This document shows, in pieces, positions 54,901-64,000 of a DNA stretch of 64,000 bases. A program made the position numbers and the translations under genes. The notes below the pieces were generated by a model, which did not search any database, had not been told where the DNA came from, and saw only the letters and a list, made by a program, of their open reading frames with translations. This DNA comes from Blasia pusilla (lineage: Eukaryota), in assembly GCA_050084515.1 (NCBI GenBank), contig CM114271.1, positions 30,504,001-30,568,000 of the forward strand. The letters run 5' to 3'. Position 1 is the stretch's first letter; each line of letters opens with the position of its first letter.

Positions 54901-56662
54901 ATTAACCCTCGCTCGTTGTCGCAAAGTGCATTTGTCCCTCCATCCGGAAAAATCGTATACTGCCATGAAACAAGGGATTTTGTTGGGGCACAGAGTGTCG
55001 GCTCAAGGAATTGAAGTCAACAAGGCCAAGGTGGATATTATCGTCGCATTGGAACCACCCACCAATCTCCAAGAATTGAGAGGATTCTTGGGACACGTTG
55101 GATATTACCGACGGTTTATTAGGGATTATGCGGTGAAAGCAGGAGCTCTTACCGCATTACTTAAAAAAGCTATTGGATGGGAGTGGACCCCACCCTGCCA
55201 AGCGGCATTTGATGCCTTAAAGGGAGCATTGCAAAAGGCTCATGTACTTCGGTCCCCCGATTGGACCAAACCCTTCCACGTATATGTGGACACATCCTCG
55301 TTTGCCAATGGAGTGGTGTTCAGCCAACTGGATGAGAACAAACATGATTTCCCGGTTTACTATGCAGGCCGTCAACTATCTTCAGCGGAGCAAAAATATA
55401 CAACTACCAAACGAGAGGCGTTAGGCATGGTCTTCTCGTGTAAAAAGTTCCGACACTATTTATTAGGGTACGAGTTTGTCTTCCATGTAGATCATTTTGC
55501 GCTCCGACCATTAATGGTTAAGGCGGACCTGTCGAGTATCGGCGATGCTTGGAAGCAGAAGAAATCCCCCATGTCATCAGAGCCATGCATGCGGCTGATT
55601 CTGGTGGACACTACGCTGTAAAAAATACCGTTAAGAAAATCTTGGCCGCACGTTATTGGTGGCCAACTATGTACAAAGATGTGGGTAACTTTATCCAAAG
55701 TTGTGATGCATGCCAAAGAGCAGGTCGACCAACGGCTACCTCAAGGTGGCCTTTGATACCCATCATGCCGCTAGCGCCGTTTGAAAATTGGGGTATTGAC
55801 TTTGTGGGCCCCATTTCCCCTGCTACTCGCCACACAAGGCGAAAATATATTTTGATAGCTACCAACTATTGTACCAAGATGGTGGAGGCCGGCCACGCGC
55901 AAAGATGATAGTGAGGCTGTGGCCAAATTTTTATACGAAATGATTATCACCCGATATGGCTGCCTGTTGGAACTAGTAAGCGATCGAGGCACCCATTTCC
56001 TGAACCAGACTATTCCGTCTTTAACGAAATACTTTCTCATTAAGCATCAGAAGACCACGCCCTACAACCCTAAAGCCAATGGGTTGACTGAAAACTCTAA
56101 CAGACTGATCTTCCGGATATTGAATTGATTGACGGTAACGTATTCCTATGATTGGGACATGAAAATTTCCGCGGCATTGTGGGCATACCGAACAGCCAAG
56201 AAGGTTACTACAAAGTATACCCCGTTCTTCCTGACTTATCGCGTTCATCCCTTAACACCTATTGAAAGGGCTTTGCCCACTTATCGAGTGTTGGAAGGAA
56301 CGAGAACGGAGGGAGTCGGCGAAGTTTTCCAAGGAAGGAATGAGACCTTAGTTGCATTGGAGGAAGCACCCACGTTGGCATTATGCCAGACAAAACATGT
56401 GCAAAACAAACGAAAGCAACATTACGATCGACATCTCCGGCCGCAATCTATAAGCGTTGGGGACTTGGTGCTGTTGTACGATAATCGGCGGCTAAAGTTC
56501 CTCGGAAAGTTAAAATTAAACTGGATGGGACCCTACCGGGTATTGGCCATCTATGATAACAGATCACTACAGTTGGGGACCTTACAGGGTGAATCCCTGC
56601 CCACTCGTGTCAATGGGATGCATGTTCGGTGGTATTATGAGCCTCAACCCTACCCGGACTGA
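51906..56662 (+). pseudogene. Nested element gag-pol (gag, PR, RT, RH, IN with GPY/F)
   Basis: CYNCGAADH knuckle; VLIDLGSGINIM; RVCQDYRKLN..MPFGLCNAPATFQR..FLDEF; WGIDFVGP, SDRGTHF, WMGPYRV; stops and frameshifts. Confidence 0.93.
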
Positions 56663-56910
56663 AACCGGAGGGAAGGGGTGAGCGACTGCCTGAAGCTTCG
56701 CAAAAGGGCGAAGCGCGAGGATGCTAGAACTTTGCAGAAGCGCAAAGCATAAGGTATGGGATCTTTGGAGAGGTGCGAAGCGCGAGATTTTTTGAGCTTC
56801 GCAAAGAGGCGAAGCGCCAAACTGACTGTTGCCGTCCCGACGCCAACGCCAAGAGCCCGCATAACGCTGGGACTATATAAGCATCCCTACTGAACCAGAC
56901 GGGTATTTTC

Positions 56911-57711
56911 ATGGACGGAGTCACCCCAAAGTTGCGTAGCAGACCAAAGCGGGGCATTCACCGAGATCGACCTACCAGCATGCCTCGTGAAGACTCCACG
57001 CCCATTTTACGAAGTGCGGTCATGCCTATGGTCAAGCTGTCACCAGAGTTGGTCAAAGCGCTTGAAGAGCGATCTTTGGCGACTTTCTTTCAAGCAAATT
57101 GGACCTTGACATCCAGGGAACTCCTCGGGGAGCTTCGTTCCTTGACTACAGCAGCCAAGTTTCGAAGAAAGGGTCTTCAATATCGAGCTTTACCACAACA
57201 ATGGACGCCGGATGATTGGCGAGCAACTCATATGCTCCAGGCCGCTCCAAAGTACGAGTATGACACCAAACTGCTGGTAAAGCACGAAGATTTGTTGGCA
57301 CTCGGCTGTGAAACGTCTGATCGCCTTGGCAGGAATCGCTACAAGGCTACTTCGTTGTCACCGCCATTATTTGGACAGGTTTGCAAGCATGTGATGACTT
57401 TGTTTTATCCTGCTCGTTCTTACTACCTCACGAATAAGCTCGTCAAGATGTGCTATATCCTTTGGAATCAACACCTGGACCCCGAAGCACCGGGAGTCGA
57501 CTTCGCTTCTTTTGTGGACGGGCACGTACGCGCAATTCTCGAAGAACTTCATCCAAACACAAAGTCATTCATGTCTCCTTTTTTAATCCATCTATATATT
57601 CATAAGCAGGAATTGACGGCAAACGAGGCGCTAGATTGGTCGCAAGTCACTCCCGTCCGCTTGCTAAGAAAGAGCGGAGCGGTCCCTAGTGGGAGCCGCA
57701 AAGTCACATCG
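56911..57711 (+). CDS. Extra 3' ORF of nested Gypsy element, unknown function, truncated
   Basis: About 267 open codons downstream of integrase, with tatataa at ~56874; runs into element 2 sequence at ~57712. Confidence 0.6.
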
Positions 57712-59384
57712 AGGCACCATCGATGGTGTGTGTAGTGCCTCCAACAATGTGAATGACTGTGGAACCCTGGCCTGCCGCCCATTGGTCCCCTCTGGTGGGT
57801 CAATCTCAACTCCACCTCTCGGTGGCTCGGTGCCTCTCATAGCACCCGGAGTCACCACTACAGCTGCCTCAACCTAGGCTGCACTACACATAAACCCCAT
57901 ACAAGCGAGATCCTCACCTGGGTCAGGGTAAGAGGTGGAAGTTGGAGTCACACTAGCTGCTTACAGCTTTGTGCCTTCCCTAAGGTGCATCATGGTCATG
58001 GCAGCAATCCTCTGCTCCAACTGATCGATGCGTGAGTGAAGTGCCAGCTCTGGTGCTCCTGCTCCATCTCCTCTGGTTGGTGGTGGTCCTCTACCACCAC
58101 ATCCAGGAAGGACTCCCCGACCTCCTCTAGGACGACCGCCCCTAGGCCCTCGGCCTACTTCTGGATGTGCCCCTCGGCGAAGGTCATAACATCTATCCCT
58201 AGTGTGACCATATCTGTGGCAATTGTCACACTGGTGCTCTGGTGGGGCCATCCTCTGTGACTCCTGAGCAATCGGAGGTGCTGGTGGTCCTCTCCCATGC
58301 TGTGGGCAGTCTCTCTGCCTATGGGCCCCTCCACATGTCCAACAAGACCACATCGGTCCCTGCTGGGCAACATATGTAGGTACGGGTCGTTGCCTCATAG
58401 GCTCACGGTACCCGCCTTGCTCTCTGGGCACACCGACTCGCTCCCGTGGTACTGGTGCTCACTGTGGCACCTGCGGGGTTACGGTCGCTCGTGGACCCAT
58501 CGACTCTCGAGAAAATCCAGCGGTCACTACCTGCTCCTCACTCATGTTGAGCTCAATACGCTTAGACAACTCAAAGACCACCTTCAATATGGGCTTCGCT
58601 GTGTGAATCAACACTGCATCTCGGACTCTCTTCTGTAGTTCTCGGTCTAGAACCCCGTACCAATACTGGACTGACTGCGCCTCAGTCACTCCATACGTAG
58701 CAATGATCAGCTTCCTCATGCGTATGAATGCCTCTCTTAGACTCTCACCTGATCATCGCTGAAAATCCTGTAGACTCTTCATCTTGTCGATGCGTACACC
58801 CTGGTAGCTCTTCCCCAATTGTCGGAAGAACTCCACTGTGGGGCTGAAGCTGGGTGGCCCTCTACCACCAAAGTCTCTGCCACATCGCCTGTCTCACTAC
58901 CCTCCTCTCCATCTAGTCTCCGGGCTGATGGTGTGGGTCTCTCTCCTCTCACAATCCCATCATATGCCTCGCGACCACAAGTGGACACATACCCTGGAGC
59001 CCAATACATCCTCCAGGCATCGATCTCTACTGAATATATTGATCGAAACTCCATGTAATCATCCATCGGAGGACCCTCCAAGTGCTGGAACAACCCCTTC
59101 CATGCCATGAAAGGGTTGAACCGTGTTGGGGTCCATATCTCCTGGAAGTTGCACCACGTGTCGAACTCCTGGATAAAATCATCTAAGTCGATGGTGCCCA
59201 CTGCACTCGAGAAACGACGCATGCCCCGATGGCCCATGTCGTCCATCTCCTGCCAAGTAATATTGCCTTCGTCTGCGCTCTTGTCACCAGACCCAGTGTC
59301 TAGTGATGACGATCCAGCCACGGATGGATGTCGAGGTAGCTCCCCACTGGTAACCCCTTGGTGTCTCACTTCACTCCGTGTCAC
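57712..59384 (-). pseudogene. gag: Element 2 gag
   Basis: GMRRFSSAVG..FDTWCN..FNPF; zinc knuckles CWTCGGAHRQRDC and CDNCHRYGHTRDRC; RGG-rich segment. Confidence 0.9.
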
Positions 59385-61002
59385 ACCACTACCACTGGTA
59401 GCACTACCCCGTTCTTCTGAACCCTGGAAGAACGTCGTGATGACAAACCCTGTCTCACCCGCTCAAGCACTCAGACTCACCGAGAGTCTCTCACACTCCT
59501 CGCTAGCTCACCTATGCTAATTTCAATCCCGTGATGACACAGCCGGCCTCACGCACACTCAACACTCGGGCTCACCATGAGCCTCCCAACTGACTCACCT
59601 AACCTAGCGACACTCTCGGTTCATACATGCAACCCCTACGCGGCAACCACTGTATATCCACCAACATGCTACACATGAACAGAATCTACACTCGTCACCA
59701 TGACTGCACCCACCTAGCACCAGCTACTATCCGATACCCAGCACTCTCAATCACACACGACAAGTGCGGAAAAAGGGACTCGAATGGGTAACCTGATCAC
59801 GCCCTCCAACCTACTGCACTGTCAGCATGCACTCCCCCAGGTGACACGGCAACCTTTGCAACACAACACTCTCCTCGACCAGCACGTCGATCCTCCCGTC
59901 AACAGATGCAGACAACCCGTTGGCATTATGCGCACTACCCCTCCATCGTCAACTCTCGCAATGCCCTGTCGTGCCCAAAAACATCATGTCACGCAAACCT
60001 CTCCGTCCATCCCCACACACGGCATGTAACCTGACTCACCCTGGTCGGCTCCACTCCTACCACGTACACACTGTCTCTACCACGTTGCCCATGCGCAACC
60101 ACGTCCAAAGGGGGGGAAAGAGAAATAAATGCGGGAGGGGGGGGCTTGGCCTGCACCCCTATGGGCCTCCCCAACTTTGGGGAAAGAAATAAATGCGCTG
60201 GGGCGCGTCGCCACCCACCGTCTGCCCGTCGTCGTTCACATGTCTGCGCCCGCCGACCTAAACGCCTCCTGCTCTTTCCCGACACTCTCACTCACATACA
60301 CCCGACGCCCTACCGCACACTACACTCGGCTGCTATCCCGCGTCAATCCGTACAAGCAAAATCTGAAAAAAAACGGACAGCGCTTCCGCCCACGGCCTTC
60401 CAAACACAAAAATGACTGACACCCGCAATACACGCGTCTCTAGGGGCTCCTGACCAAGGCAACTTGCTTGCCTACCTACAAACAACGAATTACCACCCGC
60501 CCCCTGACATCTTTCTCATGTAAAAAATAAAGAGTAGTAAAAACGGCACACCCGGCCTAAAACTCCACTCCTCAATCTACATCGGCATATCGAGCCTCGT
60601 CCACCCTGTGCTATCAAGGAATCCGGACTCTAGCATCCTAGTCCTATCTCACACACATACAAGAGAGGTGCTCCAACGGCCCAACATGAGAAAGATGGCT
60701 TAGGAAATCCATCTTCCTCTCTTATATAGGGTTGGGAAGAGCCAAAAGGCTCTTCCCCTAAAAATAGCCCTCCCCTTGGTAACCTGCGCGCACAAATTAC
60801 CAAGGGCGGGTGACCTGGTCAACAAGTCATCTGGCTGTGAAAGACCTCAACATGAAAGTTGTCAGAAATGACGTTCCTGACACAATGGACCTATCCTCAA
60901 CCTCATCCGACACCATGGGACAAAGTTACACTCAAGATAGTCCGCTGGCTCCTACGCCCTATCCACGATAGATCTCGGCCTATCGACTACTCATATGTGA
61001 TA

Positions 61003-62990
61003 TACAATTCCAATCGAGGATGGGGATTTCCCTTTATTAAACGCCTTCTACGGCCGGAATTGAATATTAGGATCCAATAAGACTCATAGTAAGTTTGGCT
61101 CCAAATGACGTTCAGCGGACGCAACAGTTTGGGACACAATCAGAACTAAGGTTCCGATTCTACATTTGTTGCCAACCTATTGGGATCTAAGGAGCAGGCC
61201 ATTCAGACCTATAGTTCCAAGTCAAGAATGGGGTTTATTATTACCGGACGCCTTCTCGGGCCGGAATTGGATCTTAGGTTCCAATTGGACAATCAGAACT
61301 TAGGTTTTGATTCTACATTTGTTTCCGACCTATTGGGATCTGTGGAGCCAATCCGGGGCCATTCGGGATGACAACTTCAATCGAGGATGGGGATTTCCCA
61401 TTATTGGACGCCTTCTACGGCCGGGATTGGATCTTAGGATCCAATTGGACTTAGAACAAGTATGGCTCCAAATGACTTTCAGCGGGCGCGGCAGTTTGGG
61501 ACACAATTTAGAACTTAGGTTCCAATTCTACATTTGTTGAACACATAGGGATCTTAGAGGCAGGCCATTCCGAACTACAGTTCGAGTCGAGGAAGGGGAT
61601 TTCCCTTTACCACACATCTTCTGAGGCCAGAATTGGATCTTACGATCCAATTGGACTTAGACTACGAATGGCTACAAATGACATTCAGCAAGCGTGGCAG
61701 TTTGGGACACAATCAAAACTTAGGTTCTAATTCAACATTTATCTAAGACGTAGGAATGTTAGGATCAGGTCATTTAGTACTACAGTTCTAATCGAGGATG
61801 GGGAATTCCCTTAAACAGACGCCTTCTACAGTCGGAATTGGATCTTAGGATCCAATTGGACTTAGACTAGTATGGCCCAAAATGACGTTGAGCGGGCCCG
61901 GAAATTTGAGAAAAAATCAGAACTTAGGTTCTGATTCTACATTTGTTTCAGACGTAGGAATGTTAGAAGCAGGCCATTCAGAACTATAGTTCCAATCGAG
62001 GATGGGGAATTCCCTTAAACAGACGCCTTCTGCCGCCGGAATTGGAACTTAGGATCCAAGTGGACTTAGGCTAAGTATGGCTCCAAATGACGTTCAGCGG
62101 GCACGGCAGTTTGGGACACAATGAAAACTTAGGTTCCGACTCTACATTTATCTTAGAAGTAGGAATGTTAGAAGCAGGCCATACCAAACTACAGTTCCAA
62201 TCGAGGATGGGGAATTCCCTTTAAGAGATGCCTTCTACGGCTGGAATTGGAACTTAGGATCCAAGTGGACTTAGGCTAAGTATGGCTCCAAATGACGTTT
62301 AGCGGGCGCGGAAATTTGGGACACAATCAAAACTTAGGTTCTGATTCTACATTTATCTCAGAAGTAGGAATGGTAGGAGCGGACCATTTAGAACTACAAT
62401 TCCAATCGAGGATGGGGAATTCCCTTTAACAGACACCTTTTGCGCAAGGTTGCATGTGGAAAACGTCCGTGTCCGTGGACTTATGTCCATCCTATAGAAG
62501 GACTTGTCCGTATGGGCCCCATATTTTCCTTCTTTCTCATTCCCTTTACTTGCCTTCATGTTCTATACTCCTCCATTTCGTCCTCCCTCCACCTCCACTC
62601 CCTCCTCCCTCATTGCTCCTCTCATCCTTGCCTTGCCTTCCATCAAGGACTAAAAGTATGGGTCCCACCTCTTGGAACCCATGTCCGTGGATATGTCTAG
62701 ACTTATCTGTCCATGTCCGTCCTAAGGACTTTTCCGTTTTTATGCAACCATGCTTCTACGGCCGGAATTGGATCTTAGGATCCTATTGGAATTAGACTAA
62801 GTATGGCCCCAAATGACGTTCAGCGGGCGCAACACTTTGAGAAATAATCAGAACTTAGGTTCTGATTCTATATTTGTTTCAGACGTACGAATGTTTGAAT
62901 TTGACCAGACGTCATTTGGAGCCATACTTAGTCTAAGTCCAATTGGATCCTAAGATCCAATTCCGGCCGCAGAAGGCGTCGGTTAAAGGG
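61003..62990. repeat. Tandem satellite, ~204-205 bp unit
   Basis: atcgaggatgggga recurs at 61791, 61995, 62200 and 62405 and in earlier diverged units; the last ~90 bp (62905-62990) is inverted. Confidence 0.95.
62445..62752. mobile_element. hAT-type MITE (308 bp) inserted in the satellite
   Basis: TIRs caaggttgcat / atgcaaccatg (10/11 match); 8-bp TSD cttttgcg / cttctacg; internal gtccgt/ggac subterminal repeats. Confidence 0.8.
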
Positions 62991-63059
62991 ATCAGAAAAA
63001 TCCTCATTAAATCAATTTGGAGAGCTTGCTTTAGGGTCTAGTAAATAGCTTGGAACTTA

Positions 63060-63900
63060 TCCTAATTATTCTTTTGATACTCCTCGTCCAAACTGCATAG
63101 GTCCACATCCCAATCCTTAGCCTTTGCAATGATGTTGCTTTAGTTCGTGCAGGCCATACTTGTCAAGGAAAACATTGGCAAATTCTTGCTCGATCACCAC
63201 CAAACACTCTTCTAGTGGTTGTTGGAGATCCTTCCCTTTGATGGAATAGTCAAATACGTTATCCACCATAGCAGACGCCTTGGAGTCGAAGAAGATTTGG
63301 TATGCCTTCTTACATTCCCGGTCTAGACGGGAACCAAGGGTATCTACAATGGTGATCGACTTGGCTGCAACCCTTAGCACAAAGTGATGCTCACGCAAGG
63401 TGACAATAACACTTTGTCAGTTCGCTCGTACGCACCATTTCATTCCACATAGTGTCCATGCTCTCATCTGGCATGGCACTACAAGGGAAAACTTCATAAA
63501 TATAAGGGAGGGAGACATAGCCCACAAAACTCATATTGGTGTTGATATAGACACCGAATTACGGTCCATCCTTCTGACTCCACCATGCTACAAACTCCAG
63601 ATCTAAGAAGCCACTTTTATCAAAGACAACCTTGAAACCAGACTGATTCTTCCACTTTGCGTACAAGCGAGCCCCCAACTTCACGATGTTGTCGAGAACT
63701 CCAGCCGGGAGTTGTTTCTCCGTCGGATACTCCAAACACCACATGGCAATAAGGAAAGCATTGATATTGTATGTTGGCCTCAGAGCTTCCACTGAATTCT
63801 GATCCACGCTGCCAAAGATGACTTATGAGGTGATCTCCACTCTAGGACATTCCTTGCATACTTTCCGAGTCAGTTGTCCACATACATTCTAGAATAAGAT
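63060..63900 (-). pseudogene. Degraded coding fragment, possibly a Ulp1-like (C48) protease of a DNA transposon
   Basis: HHFVLRV..ITIVDTLG...EQE..DKYGLH resembles H-D-Q-C spacing if the Tyr is a decayed Cys; weak. Confidence 0.3.
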
Positions 63901-64000
63901 CGAGGCCTTTAGCTTTTCCTGGGTTGCATGGAGAAGAAGTTTATCATTACCGCCAATAGATTTTTGCTTTGTAAAACCGATGCGCCTATTACTAATAAAA

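Larger units (their letters stand above)
49685..57711 (+). mobile_element. Nested conventional Ty3/Gypsy element (non-chromovirus-like), 3' LTR missing
   Basis: Putative 5' LTR TG..CA at 49685-50977, then PBS-like tgccatgactctgtgggga, gag-pol and an extra ORF. It splits element 2 between gag and protease. Confidence 0.88.
44102..61002 (-). mobile_element. Ty3/Gypsy-type retroelement 2 (gag; PR-DNMT-RT-RH-IN-PHD), interrupted by a nested Gypsy, 3' end apparently truncated
   Basis: 187-bp direct repeats at 44102-44288 and 60816-61002 (6 mismatches counted); same domain order as element 1. Confidence 0.93.

Noticed and set aside
61003-62990. CRISPR-like array
   Set aside because: Whole ~205-bp units repeat with no unique spacers and there are no cas genes; it is a satellite in eukaryotic DNA.

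Overview
This window is eukaryotic, repeat-rich DNA, most likely from a non-seed land plant (inferred from the TE families and the F-box gene). It has one intact host gene (a 2-exon SKIP1/FBW2-like F-box/LRR gene, minus strand) and one tRNA-Thr(AGT); the rest is mostly decayed transposons. The main result is two diverged minus-strand Ty3/Gypsy-type retroelements (2824-12558 and 44102-61002). Their Pol reads protease - DNMT3-like C5 cytosine methyltransferase - RT - RNase H - DDE integrase - PHD finger. The first copy has split direct repeats (A1-ORFs-B1-A2-B2) rather than ordinary LTRs, no recognisable tRNA primer site, and a covarying hairpin beside a PPT-like tract. Both copies are pseudogenised. 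Also present: a nested conventional Gypsy element with an extra 3' ORF, two hAT transposase relics, an internally deleted 7.8 kb Helitron and a mini-Helitron, a LINE 3' fragment, a ~205-bp satellite with a hAT-type MITE and an inversion, and a miRNA-like hairpin. All calls come from reading motifs by eye; no searches were run.
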